Below are positions 43,201-58,200 of a stretch of 64,000 nt of DNA, piece after piece (positions within the stretch are counted from its first letter, which is position 1; each line of letters begins with the position of its first letter). Source of the stretch: Antedon mediterranea. Its lineage: Eukaryota; Animalia; Echinodermata. Under the pieces are notes generated by a model. It made no database searches. It was not told where the DNA came from and was given only the letters and a program-made list of their open reading frames with translations. A program made the position numbers and the translations under genes. The stretch covers positions 24,338,912-24,402,911 of the forward strand of contig NC_092675.1 of NCBI RefSeq assembly GCF_964355755.1. Reading direction: 5' to 3'.

Positions 43201-46200
43201 TTATTATTATTTATATTTTTATTATTATTATTGTTAATTATAAAGTAAAATTTTAACCTAAACATGACCAATTTCAAATATATTTGAGGGTAAAATAATT
43301 GAAATACTGATTAACTTCTAATTAAATGAGATAGTCACAACTTACACAGGTAAATACAAATATAAAATCTTATTTACAAATTATAGAAATGGTTACTGAA
43401 GAATTAACTGTAATAACATATGAAGGTACTTACAAGGGGAATTTGTTGTCGGAACAGCTACAGTGGATGAACTAATACATTCGAGTAAAACGTCAAAACA
43501 ATCATTTTCAGAACAGCTACCAGGTGAACTAATCGTAACAGTTTTACTAATTAGCGTATCATCAAAGCAAACTGCTGATACATTCACAGTCTCGCCAACA
43601 GGAACCTCAGCACAAATACGTCCCTTGTCATTTGTCATGTACATGGTCACAGAGTCAGATTTCGAAATACTAAAGTAAAATTGTAGGCACGTTTAATACA
43701 GTAATCTAATCAACTTTAATAATCAGTATTATAAAAATAGAAATAGTGCGTTGGGGAGGTGTAACTTGTTAATTTGCTTGCCTTCCAATCCCAAGGTATA
43801 AGGTTCAATCCGGACATAGTGAAAGTGTTGTAACTCACGACTCTCTATATTAAGCCTTAAAATGAGACTTAGTTTATAAGCACAATACATTATAAAATAG
43901 TTTATCCATCTTGTAACTGCCAAGTTGCTCGCTGTTGGATGCGTATTAAATAAAAAAAAAACTACAAATTAAAAACCGGTAAAAAATATAAGTAATACAT
44001 AAGAACACTTGAAATTTTCTAGTATCTCTAATTATTGTGCATTGTAAGCTGTAAATTGGAGGACAATACAAGAGAGACACACAAAATGCCATAGATTCTT
44101 GTCATTTCATTGGATGATCGTACAGTACATTGAACTCCTGCGTTATCATGATTTCGTTCGTTATAATGAGAGTAAAGTTTGGTTACTAGAGTACGTGTTT
44201 TCGTGAATTTCGTTATACGTGCGTGGTTTATAACTACAAAGCGAGCAACCACGCAGGACAAGAGACGGTTGGCTGATCGCATTCGAAAATCAACCAGACG
44301 TGTCCGCCGTCTATAAGTGTTCTGGTAGGCCTACCCATCTATATGATTTGGGCATTGGCCAGTCAGTCGTTAAAATTAGTATTAAACAAAATTGTTTTAT
44401 ATTCGTGTAATAGAACAAATAATTTCATTCGGTGAAAATGTCTTATATTCACCTAATGGAATTATTTGTATGGCTACCATTCCACTCATGGAAATTGACT
44501 ATTTAAAAAAAATATCAGATCATAATAGCTAGCAATGACAACACATCAATATAAAATACCAATACGGTAACGCATCGCGAACAGACCGATCAACGACACA
44601 CTATGAAAAGCATATATAAACGTTCTGCCACCAGAGATTGTTTATTTTTGCTATTAACTGTTCTACTCCGCGTCCGAAAATGGAGCGCTGACTTTTTGAA
44701 TGGTCAAGCTGTCCGACATGATTAAAAAAGTATTAGGCCTAATTGAAAACAAAATAGAACAGTAAGTTTTGAATTCTTGAAGAGCTTGAAAATATCTCAT
44801 ACAATGAAGCAGTCAATCATTAAAAGCATGAAATACAGTCATGCCGAACACACAACAATTACAAACTGTCGAAGATGAACATTACAATTTAAGCGAAAAA
44901 TGACAATAGAAAAAGATAACATAATAAACTAAAATGTCTTACGATATATTATGTCTTTCAATAGGAATATTACACTGGTCGTCACCACAAGTTTGAATAT
45001 GAACACATCCCATTGCATACGGTGTAGTAAATGATTCTGGTAATTGTGTTGTTTGTTCCCGACATTGGAGAATAAGAGCAACTTCGCTACAAGTTCCTAC
45101 AACACAATCACCGGTGGTTTCCGGAATGACTGTTGCATTAGCAATTGGTCCATCCTCACATAACGCAGAAATAGTAATTAATTCACCGACCGTAGCAGCA
45201 ACACATACAGTACCGTTAACATTAGTGGTATGCATTTCAATTATTCCTGATGACTTCTCCAACACGCTAAAACAAAACAGGTAAACAAACAATAGTAAAT
45301 GTAATAGAAAATAATATCATAAATGAAAATACGGCATCAATACTTAATTTCTATCAATTATGGAAGAATAACTTTGATTTGTTACCGAAACATATTATTT
45401 AAAACTTACGTTATGTTTGTAAAAATAACTGGTTCAAGACACTGGTCGTCAGCACAAGTTTGAATATGAACACATCCCATTGCATACGGTGTTGTAAATG
45501 TTTCTGGTAATTGTGTTGTTTGTTCCCGACATTGGAGAATAAGAGCAACTTCGTTACAAGTTCCTACGACACAATCACCGGTGGTTTCCGGAGTGACTGT
45601 TGCATTGGCAATTGATCCATCTTCACATAACGCAGAAACAGTAATTGATTCACCGACCGTAGCAGCAACACATACAGTACCGTTAACATTAGTGGTATGC
45701 ATTTCAATTATTCCTGATGAATTCTCCAACACGCTAAAACAAAACAGGTAAACAAACAATAGTAAATTTAACAGAAAATAATATCATCAATAAACATACA
45801 GCCTCAATACTTAATTTCCATAAAATATTGTAGAATAACTTTGATTTGTAATCAAACATATTATTTAAAACTTACGTTATGTTTGTAAAAATAACTGGTT
45901 CAAGACATTGGTCATCACCACAAGTTTGAATATGAACACATCCCATTGCATACGGTGTAGTAAATGATTCTGGTAATTGTGTTGTTTGTTCCCGACATTG
46001 GAGAATAAGAGCAACTTCACTACAAGTTCCTACCACACAATCACCGGTGGTTTCCGGAATGACTGATGCATTAGGAATTGAGCCGTCCTCACATAACGCA
46101 GAAATAGTAATTGATTCACCGACCGTAGCAGCAACACATACAGTACCGTTAACATTAGTGGTATGCATTTCAATTATTCCTGATGACTTCTCAGACACGC

Positions 46201-49200
46201 TAAAACAAAAAGTAAAGAAAATAATATCATCAATGAAAATACGGCATCAATACTTAATTTCTATCAATTATGGAAGAATAACTTTGATTTGTTACCGAAA
46301 CATATTATTTAAAACTTACGTTATGTTTGTAAAAATAACTGGTTCAAGACACTGGTGGTCAGCACAAATTTGAATATGAACACAACCCATTGCATACGGT
46401 GTAGTAAATGTTTCTGGTAATTGTGTTGTTTGTTCCCGACATTGGAGAATAAGAGCAACTTCGCTACAAGTTCCTACTTGACAATCACCGGTGGTTTCCG
46501 GAGTGACTGTTGCATTGGCAAATGATCCATCTTCACATAACGCAGAAACAGTAATTGATTCACCGACCGTAGCAGCAACACATACAGTACCGTTAACATT
46601 AGTGGAATGCATTTCAATTATTCCTGATGACTTCTCCAACACGCTAAAACAAAACAGGTAAACAAACAATAGTAAATTTAACAGAAAATAATATCATCAA
46701 TGAACATACAGCCTCAATACTTAATTTCCATAATATTTGGGAGAATAACTTTGATTTGTAACCAAACATATTATTTAAAACTTACGTTATGTTTGTAAAA
46801 ATAACTGGTTCAAGACATTGGTCATCACCACAAGTTTGAATATGAACACATCCCATTGCATACGGTGTAGTAAATGATTCTGGTAATTGTGTTGTTTGTT
46901 CCCGACATTGGAGAATAAGAGCAACTTCGCTACAAGTTCCTACCACACACTCACCGGTGGTTTCCGGAATGACAGTTGCATTAGCAATTGAGCCATCCTC
47001 ACATAATGCAGAAATAGTAATTAATTCACCGACCGTAGCAGCAACACATACAGTACCGTTAACATTAGTGGTATGCATTTCAATTATTCCTGATGACTTC
47101 TCCAACACGCTAAAACAAAACAGGTAAACAAACAATAGTAAATGTAATAGAAAATAATATCATCAATGAAAATACGGCATCAATACTAAATTTCTATAAA
47201 TTATGGAAGAATAACTTTGATTTGTTACCGAAACATATTATTTAAAACGTACGTTATGTTTGTAAAAATAACTGGTTCAAGACACTGGTCGTCAGCACAA
47301 GTTTGAATATGAACACAACCCATTGCATACGGTGTAGTAAATGTTTCTGGTAATTGTGTTGTTTGTTCCCGACATTGGAGAATAAGAGCAACTTCGCTAC
47401 AAGTTCCCAACACACAATCACCGGTGGTTTCCGGAATGACTGTTGCATTAGCAATTGAGCCATCCTCACATAACGCAGAAATAGTAATTGATTCACCGAC
47501 CGTAGCAGCAACACATACAGTACCGTTAACATTAGTGGTGTGCATTTCAATTATTCCTGATGACTTCTCCAACACGCTAAAACAAAACAGGTAAACAAAC
47601 AATAGTAAATTTAACAGAAAATAATATCATCAATGAACATACAGCCTCAATACTTAATTTCCATAAAATATGGGAGAATGACTTTGATTTGTAACCGAAC
47701 ATATTATTTAAAACTTACGTTATGTTGGTAAAAATAACTGGTTCGAGACATTCGTCATCACCACAAGTTTGAATATGAACACATCCCATTGCATACGGTG
47801 TAGTAAATGTTTCTGGTAATTGTGTTGTTTGTTCCCGACATTGGAGAATAAGAGCAACTTCGCTACAAGTTCCTACTTGACAATCACCGGTGGTTTCCGG
47901 AGTGACTGTTTCATTGGCAATTGATCCATCTTCACATAACGCAGAAACAGTAATTGATTCACCGACCGTAACAGCAACACATACAGTACCGTTAACATTA
48001 GTGGTATGCATTTCAATTATTCCTGATGACTTCTCCAACACGCTAAAACAAAACAGGTAAACAAACAATAGTAAATTTAACAGAAAATAATATCATCAAT
48101 GAACATACAGCCTCAATACTTAATTTCCATAAAATATGGGAGAATAACTTTGATATGTAACCAAACATAGTATCTAAAACTTACGTTATGTTTGTAAAAA
48201 TAACTGGTTCAAGACATTGGTCATCACCACAAGTTTGAATATGAACACATCCCATTGCATACGGTGTAGTAAATGATTCTGGTAATTGTGTTGTTTGTTC
48301 CCGACATTGGAGAATAAGAGCAACTTCGCTACAAGTTCCTACAACACAATTACCGGTGGTTTCCGGAGTGACTGTTGCATTGGCAATTGATCCGTCTTCA
48401 CATAACGCAGAAACAGTAATTGATTCACCGACCGTAGCAGCAACACATAAAGTACCGTTAACATTAGTGGTATGCATTTCAATTATTCCTGATGACTCCA
48501 ACACGCTAAAACAAAACAGGTAAACAAACAATAGTAAATTTAACAGAAAATAATATCATCAATGAACATACAGCCTCAATACTTAATTTCCATAAAATAT
48601 GGGAGAATAACTTTGATTTGTAACCAAACATATTATTTAAAACTTACGTTATGTTTGTAAAAATAACTGGTTCAAGACACTGGTCGTCAGCACAAGTTTG
48701 AATATGAACACAACCCATTGCATACGGTGTAGTAAATATTTCTGGTAATTGTGTTGTTTGTTCCCGACATTGGAGAATAAGAGCAACTTCGCTACAAGTT
48801 CCTACAACACAATCACCGGTGGTTTCCGGAGTGACTGTTGCATTGGCAATTGATCCATCTTCACATAACGCAGAAACAGTAATTGATTCACCGACCGTAG
48901 CAGCAACACATACAGTACCGTTAACATTAGTGGTATGCATTTCAATTATTCCTGATGACTTCTCCAACACGCTAAAACAAAACAGGTAAAGAAACAATAG
49001 TAAATTTAACAGAAAATAATATCATCAATGAACATACAGCCTCAATACTTAATTTCCATAAAATATGGGAGAATAACTTTGATTTGTAACCAAACATAGT
49101 ATTTAAAACTTACGTTATGTTTGTAAAAATAACTGGTTCAAGATATTGGTCATCACCACAAGTTTGAATATGAACACATCCCATTGCATACGGTGTAGTA

Positions 49201-52200
49201 AATGATTCTGGTAATTGTGTTGTTTGTTCCCGACATTGGAGAATAAGAGCAACTTCGCTACAAGTTCCTACAACACAATCACCGGTGGTTTCCGGAATGA
49301 CTGTTGCATTAGCAATTGAGCCATCCTCACATAACGCAGAAATAGTAATTGATTCACCGACCGTAGCAGCAAAACATACAGTACCGTTAACATTAGTGGT
49401 ATGCATTTCAATTATTCCTGATGACTTCTCCAACACGCTAAAACAAAACAGGTAAACAAACAATAGTAAATATAACAGAAAATAATATCATCAATGAACA
49501 TACAGCCTCAATACTTCATTTCCATGAAATATGAAAGAATAACTTTGGTTTGTAACCGAAACATGTTATTTAAAACTTACGTTATGTTTGAAATAATAAC
49601 TGGTTCAAGACACTGGTCGTCAGCACAAGTTTGAATATGAACACAACCCATTGCATACGGTGTAGTAAATATTTCTGGTAATTGTGTTGTTTGTTCCCGA
49701 CATTGGAGAATAAGAGCAACTTCGCTACAAGTTCCTACAACACAATCACCGGTGGTTTCCAGAGTGACTGTTGCATTGGCAATTGATCCATCTTCACATA
49801 ACGCAGAAACAGTAATTGATTCACCGACCGTAGCAGCAATACATACAGTACCGTTAACATTAGTGGTATGCATTTCAATTATTCCTGATGACTTCTCCAA
49901 CACGCTAAAACAAAACAGGTAAACAAACAATAGTAAATTTAACAGAAAATAATATCATCAATGAACATACAGCCTCAATACTTAATTTCCATAAAATATG
50001 GGAGAATAACTTTGATTTGTAACCAAACATATTATTTAAAACTTACGTTATGTTTGTAAAAATAACTGGTTCAAGACACTGGTCGTCAGCACAAGTTTGA
50101 ATATGAACACAACCCATTGCATACGGTGTAGTAAATATTTCTGGTAATTGTGTTGTTTGTTCCCGACATTGGAGAATAAGAGCAACTTCGCTACAAGTTT
50201 CTACAACACAATCACCGGTGGTTTCCGGAGTGACTGTTGCATTGGCAATTGATCCATCTTCACATAACGCAGAAACAGTAATTGATTCACCGACCGTAGC
50301 AGCAACACATACAGTACCGTTAACATTAGTGGTATGCATTTCAATTATTCCTGATGACTTCTCCAACACGCTAAAACAAAACAGGTAAAGAAACAATAGT
50401 AAATTTAACAGAAAATAATATCATCAATGAACATACAGCCTCAATACTTAATTTCCATAAAATATGGGAGAATAACTTTGATTTGTAACCAAACATAGTA
50501 TTTAAAACTTACGTTATGTTTGTAAAAATAACTGGTTCAAGATATTGGTCATCACCACAAGTTTGAATATGAACACATCCCATTGCATACGGTGTAGTAA
50601 ATGATTCTGGTAATTGTGTTGTTTGTTCCCGACATTGGAGAATAAGAGCAACTTCGCTACAAGTTCCTACAACACAATCACCGGTGGTTTCCGGAATGAC
50701 TGTTGCATTAGCAATTGAGCCATCCTCACATAACGCAGAAATAGTAATTGATTCACCGACCGTAGCAGCAAAACATACAGTACCGTTAACATTAGTGGTA
50801 TGCATTTCAATTATTCCTGATGACTTCTCCAACACGCTAAAACAAAACAGGTAAACAAACAATAGTAAATATAACAGAAAATAATATCATCAATGAACAT
50901 ACAGCCTCAATACTTCATTTCCATGAAATATGAAAGAATAACTTTGGTTTGTAACCGAAACATGTTATTTAAAACTTACGTTATGTTTGAAATAATAACT
51001 GGTTCAAGACACTGGTCGTCAGCACAAGTTTGAATATGAACACAACCCATTGCATACGGTGTAGTAAATATTTCTGGTAATTGTGTTGTTTGTTCCCGAC
51101 ATTGGAGAATAAGAGCAACTTCGCTACAAGTTCCTACAACACAATCACCGGTGGTTTCCGGAGTGACTGTTGCATTGGCAATTGATCCATCTTCACATAA
51201 CGCAGAAACAGTAATTGATTCACCGACCGTAGCAGCAATACATACAGTACCGTTAACATTAGTGGTATGCATTTCAATTATTCCTGATGACTTCTCCAAC
51301 ACGCTAAAACAAAACAGGTAAAGAAACAATAGTAAATTTAACAGAAAATAATATCATCAATGAACATACAGCCTCAATATTTAATTTCTATCAATTATGG
51401 AAGAATAACTTTGATTTGTTACCGAAACATATTATTTAAAACTTACGTTATGTTTGTATAAATAACTGGTTCAAGACACTGGTCGTCAGCACAAGTTTGA
51501 ATATGAACACAACCCATTGCATACGGTGTAGTAAATGTTTCTGGTAATTGTGTTGTTTGTTCCCGACATTGGAGAATAAGAGCAACTTCGCTACAAGTTC
51601 CTACTTGACAATCACCGGTAGTTTCCGGAGTTACTGTTGCATTGGCAATTGAGCCATCCTCACATAACGCAGAAATAGTAATTGATTCACCGACCGTAGC
51701 TGCAACACATACAGTACCGTTAACATTAGTGGTATGCATTTCGATTATTCCTGATGACTTCTCCAACACGCTAAAACAAAACAGGTAAACAAACAATAGT
51801 AAATGTAATACAAAATAATATCATCAATGAACATACAGCCTCAATACTTAATTTCCATAAAATATGGGAGAATAACTTTGATTTGTAACCAAACATATTA
51901 TTTAAAACTTACGTTATGTTTGTAAAAATAACTGGTTCAAGACATTGGTCATCACCACAAGTTTGAATATGAACACATCCCATTGCATACGGTGTAGTAA
52001 ATGATTCTGGTAATTGTGTTGTTTGTTCCCGACATTGGAGAATAAGAGCAACTTCGCTACAAGTTCCTACCACACAATCACCGGTAGTTTCCGGAATGAC
52101 TGTTGCATTAGCAATTGAGCCATCCTCACATAACGCAGAAATAGTAATTGATTCACCGACCGTAGCAGCAACACATATAGTACTGTTAACATTAGTGGTA

Positions 52201-55200
52201 TGCATATCAATTATTCCTGATGACTTCTCCAACACGCTAAAACAAAACAGGTAAACAAACAATAGTAAATTTAACAGAAAATAATATCAATGAACATACG
52301 GCATCAATACTTAATTCCCATAAAATATGGGAGAATAACTTTGGTTTATTATTTAAAACTTACCTTATGTTTGTAAAAATAACTGGTTCAAGACACTGGT
52401 CGTCAGCACAAGTTTGAATATGAACACAACCCATTACATACGGTGTAGTAAATATTTCTGGTAATTGTGTTGTTTGTTCCCGACATTGGAGAATAAGAGC
52501 AACTTCGCTACAAGTTCCTACTTGACAATCACCGGTGGTTTTTGGAGTTACTGTTGCATTGGCAATTGATCCATCTTCACATAACGCAGAAACAGTAATT
52601 GATTCACCGACCGTAGCAGCAACACATACAGTACCGTTAACATTAGTGGTATGCATTTCAATTATTCCTGATGACTTCTCCAACACGCTAAAACAAAACA
52701 GGTAAACAAACAATAGTAAATTTAACAGAAAATAATATCATCAATGAACATACAGCCTCAATACTTAATTTCCATAAAATATGGGAGAATAACTTTGGTT
52801 TGTAACCGAAACATATTATTGAAAACTTACGTTATGTTTGTAAAAATAACTGGTTCAAGACACTGGTCGTCAACACAAGTTTGAATATGAACACAACCCA
52901 TTGCATACGGTGTAGTAAATGTTTCTGGTAATTGTGTTGTTTGTTCCCGACATTGGAGAATAAGAGCAACTTCGCTACAAGTTCCTACTTGACAATCACC
53001 GGTAGTTTCCGGAGTGACTGTTGCATTGGCAATTGATCCATCTTCACATAACGCAGAAACAGTAATTGATTCACTGACCGTAGCAGCAACACATACAGTA
53101 CCGTTAACATTAGTGGTATGCATTTCAATTATTCCTGATGACTTCTCCCACACGCTAAAACAAAACAGGTAAACAAACAATAGTAAATGTAATAGAATAT
53201 AATATCATCAATGAACATACAGCCTCAATACTTAATTTCCCTAAAAAATGGGAGAATAACTTTGATTTGTAACCAAACATATTATTTAAAACTTACGTTA
53301 TGTTTGTAAAAATAATTGGTTCAAGACACTGGTCATCACCACAAGTTTGAAAATGAACACATCCCATTGCATACGGTGTAGTAAATGATTCTGGTAATTG
53401 TGTTGTTTGTTCCCGACATTGGAGAATAAGAGCAACTTCGCTACAAGTTCCTACGACACAGTCACCGGTGGTTTCCGGAGTGACTGTTGCATTGGCAATT
53501 GATCCATCTTCACATAACGCAGAAACAGTAATTGATTCACCGACCGTAGCAGCAACACATAAAGTACCGTTAACATTAGTGGTATGCATTTCAATTATTC
53601 CTGATGACTTCTCAGACACGCTAAAACAAAACAGGTAAACATACAACAGTAAATGTAATAGAAAATAATATCATCAATGAAAATACGGCATCAATACTTA
53701 ATTTTTATCAATTATGGAAGAATAACTTTGTTTTGTTACCTAAACATATTATTTAAAACTTACGTTATGTTTATAAAAATAACTGGTTCAAGACACTGGT
53801 CGTCAGCACAAGCTTGAATATGAACACAACCCATTGCATACGGTGTAGTAAATGTTTCTGGTAATTGTGTTGTTTGTTCCCGACATTGGAGAATAAGAGC
53901 AACTTCGCTACAAGTTCCTACCACACAATCACCGGTGGTGTCCGGAATGACTGTTGCATTAGCAATTGAGCCATCCTCACATAACGCAGAAATAGTAATT
54001 GATTCACCGACCGTAGCAGCAACACATACAGTACCGTTAACATTAGTGGTATGCATATCAATTATTCCTGATGACTTCTCCAACACGCTAAAACAAAACA
54101 GGTAAACAAACAATAGTAAATTTAACAGAAAATAATATCAATGAACATATGGCATCAATACTTAATTCCCATAAAATATGGGAGAATAACTTTGGTTTAT
54201 TATTTAAAACTTACGTTATGTTTGTAAAAATAACTGGTTCAAGACACTGGTCGTCAGCACAAGTTTGAATATGAACACAACCCATTACATACGGTGTAGT
54301 AAATATTTCTGGTAATTGTGTTGTTTGTTCCCGACATTGGAGAATAAGAGCAACTTCGCTACAAGTTCCTACAACACAATCACCGGTGGTCTCCGGAGTT
54401 ACTGTTGCATTGGCAATTGATCCATCTTCACATAACGCAGAAACAGTAATTGATTCATCGACCGTAGCAGCAACACATACAGTACCGTTAACATTAGTGG
54501 TATGCATTTCAATTATTCCTGATGACTTCTCCAACACGCTAAAACAAAACAGGTAAACAAACAATAGTAAATTTAACAGAAAATAATATCATCAATGAAC
54601 ATACAGCCTCAATACTTAAATTCCATAAAATATGGGAGAATAACTTTGGTTTGTAACCGAAACATATTATTTAAAACTTACGTTATGTTTGTAAAAATAA
54701 CTGGTTCAAGACACTGGTCGTCAGCACAAGTTTGAATATGAACACAACCCATTGCATACTGTGTAGTAAATGTTTCTGGTAATTGTGTTGTTTGTTCCCG
54801 ACATTGGAGAATAAGAGCAACTTCGCTACAAGTTCCTACTTGACAATCACCGGTGGTTTCCGGAGTGACTGTTGCATTGGCAGTTGATCCATCTTCACAT
54901 AACGCAGAAACAGTAATTGTTTCACCAACCGTAGCAGCAACACATACAGTACCATTAACATTAGTGGTATGCAATTCAATTATTCCTGATGAATTCTCCA
55001 ACACGCTAAAACAAAACAGGTAAACAAACAATAGTAAATTTAACAGAAAATAATATCATCAATGAACATACAGCCTCAATACTTAATTTCCATAAAATAT
55101 GGGAGAATAACTTTGGTTTGTAACCGAAACATATTATTTAAAACTTACGTTATGTTTGTAAAAATAACTGGTTCAAGACACTGGTCGTCAGCACAAGTTT

Positions 55201-58200
55201 GAATATGAACACAACCCATTGCATACGGTGTAGTAAATGTTTCTGGTAATTGTGTTGTTTGTTCCCGACATTGGAGAATAAGAGCAACTTCGCTACAAGT
55301 TCCTACAACACAATCACCGGTGGTCTCCGGAGTTACTGTTGCATTGGCAATTGATCCATCTTCACATAACGCAGAAACAGTAATTGATTCACCGACCGTA
55401 GCAGCAACACATACAGTACCGTTAACATTAGTGGTATGCATTTCAATTATTCCTGATGACTTCTCCAACACGCTAAAACAAAACAGGTAAACAAACAATA
55501 GTAAATTTAACAGAAAATAATATCATCAATGAACATACAGCCTCAATACTTAAATTCCATAAAATATGGGAGAATAACTTTGGTTTGTAACCGAAACATA
55601 TTATTTAAAACTTACGTTATGTTTGTAAAAATAACTGGTTCAAGACACTGGTCGTCAGCACAAGTTTGAATATGAACACAACCCATTGCATACTGTGTAG
55701 TAAATGTTTCTGGTAATTGTGTTGTTTGTTCCCGACATTGGAGAATAAGAGCAACTTCGCTACAAGTTCCTACTTGACAATCACCGGTGGTTTCCGGAGT
55801 GACTGTTGCATTGGCAGTTGATCCATCTTCACATAACGCAGAAACAGTAATTGTTTCACCAACCGTAGCAGCAACACATACAGTACCATTAACATTAGTG
55901 GTATGCAATTCAATTATTCCTGATGAATTCTCCAACACGCTAAAACAAAACAGGTAAACAAACAATAGTAAATTTAACAGAAATTAATATCATCAATGAA
56001 CATACAGCCTCAATACTTAATTTCCATAAAATATGGGAGAATAACTTTGGTTTGTAACCGAAACATATTATTTAAATCTTACGTTATGTTTGTAAAAATA
56101 ACTGGTTCAAGACACTGGTCGTCAGCACAAGTTTGAATATGAACACAACCCATTGCATACGGTGTAGTAAATATTTCTGGTAATTGTGTTGTTTGTTCCC
56201 GACATTGGAGAATAAGAGCAACTTCGCTACAAGTTCCTACTTGACAATCACCGGTGGTTTCCGGAGTGACTGTTGCATTGGCAATTGATCCATCTTCACA
56301 TAACGCAGAAACAGTAATTGTTTCACCAACCGTAGCAGCAACACATACAGTACCATTAACATTAGTGGTATGCATTTCAATTATTCCTGATGACTTCTCC
56401 AACACGCTAAAACAAAAGAGGTAAACAAACAATAGTAAATTTAACAGAAAATAATATCATCAATGAACATACAGCCTCAATACTTAATTTCCATAAAATA
56501 TGGGAGAATAACTCTGATTTGTAACCAAACATATTATTTAAAACTTACGTTATGTTTGTAAAAATAACTGGTTCAAGACATTGGTCATCACCACAAGTTT
56601 GAATATGAACACAACCCATTGCATACGGTGTAGTAAATGTTTCTGGTAATTGTGTTGTTTGTTCCCGACATTGGAGAATAAGAGCAACTTCGCTACAAGT
56701 TCCTACTTGACAATCACCGGTGGTTTCCAGAGTGACTGTTGCATTGGCAATTGATCCATCTTCACATAACGCAGAAACAGTAATTGATTCACCGATCGTA
56801 GCAGCAACACATACAGTACCGTTAACATTAGTGGTATGCATTTCAATTATTCCTGATGACTTCTCCAACACGCTAAAACAAAACAGGTAAACAAACAATA
56901 GTAAATTTAACAGAAAATAATATCATCAATGAACATACAGCCTCAATACTTAATTTCCATAAAATATGGGAGAATAACTCTGATTTGTAACCAAACATAT
57001 TATTTAAAACTTACGTTATGTTTGTAAAAATAACTGGTTCAAGACATTGGTCATCACCACAAGTTTGAATATGAACACAACCCATTGCATACGGTGTAGT
57101 AAATGTTTCTGGTAATTGTGTTGTTTGTTCCCGACATTGGAGAATAAGAGCAACTTCGCTACAAGTTCCTACTTGACAATCACCGGTGGTTTCCGGAGTG
57201 ACTGTTGCATTGGCAATTGATCCATCTTCACATAACGCAGAAACAGTAATTGATTCACCGACCGTAGCAGCAACACATACAGTACCGTTAACATTAGTGG
57301 TATGCATTTCAATTATTCCTGATGACTTCTCCAACACGCTAAAACAAAACAGGTAAACAAACAATAGTAAATGTAATAGAAAATAATATCATCAATGAAA
57401 ATACGGCATCAATACTTAATTTCTATCAATAATGGAAGAATAACTTTGATTTGTTACCGAAACATATTATTTAAAACTTACGTTATGTTTGTAAAAATAA
57501 CTGGTTCAAGACACTGGTCGTCAGCCCAAGTTTGAATATGAACACAACCCATTACATACGGTGTAGTAAATATTTCTGGTAATTGTGTTGTTTGTTCCCG
57601 ACATTGGAGAATAAGAGCAACTTCGCTACAAGTTCCTAAAACACAATCACTGGTGGTCTCCGGAGTCACTGTTGCATTGGCAATTGATCCATCTTCACAT
57701 AACGCAGAAACAGTAATTGATTCACCGACCGTAGCAGCAACACATACAGTACCGTTAACAATAGTGGTATGCATTTCAATTATTCCTGATGACTTCTCCA
57801 ACACGCTAAAACAAAACAGGTAAACAAACAATAGTAAATTTAACAGAAAATAATATCATCAATGAACATACACCCTCAATACTTCATTTCCATAAAATAT
57901 GGGAGAATAACTTTGATTTGTAACCAAACATATTATTTAAAACTTACGTTATGTTTGTAAAAATAACTGGTTCAAGACATTGGTCATCACCACAAGTTTG
58001 AATATGAACACATCCCATTGCATACGGTGTAGTAAATGATTCTGGTAATTGTGTTGTTTGTTCCCGACATTGGAGAATAAGAGCAACTTCGCTACAAGTT
58101 CCTACAACACAATCACCGATGGTTTCCGGAATGACTGTTGCATTAGCAATTGAGCCATCCTCACATAACGCAGAAATAGTAATTGATTCACCGACCGTAG

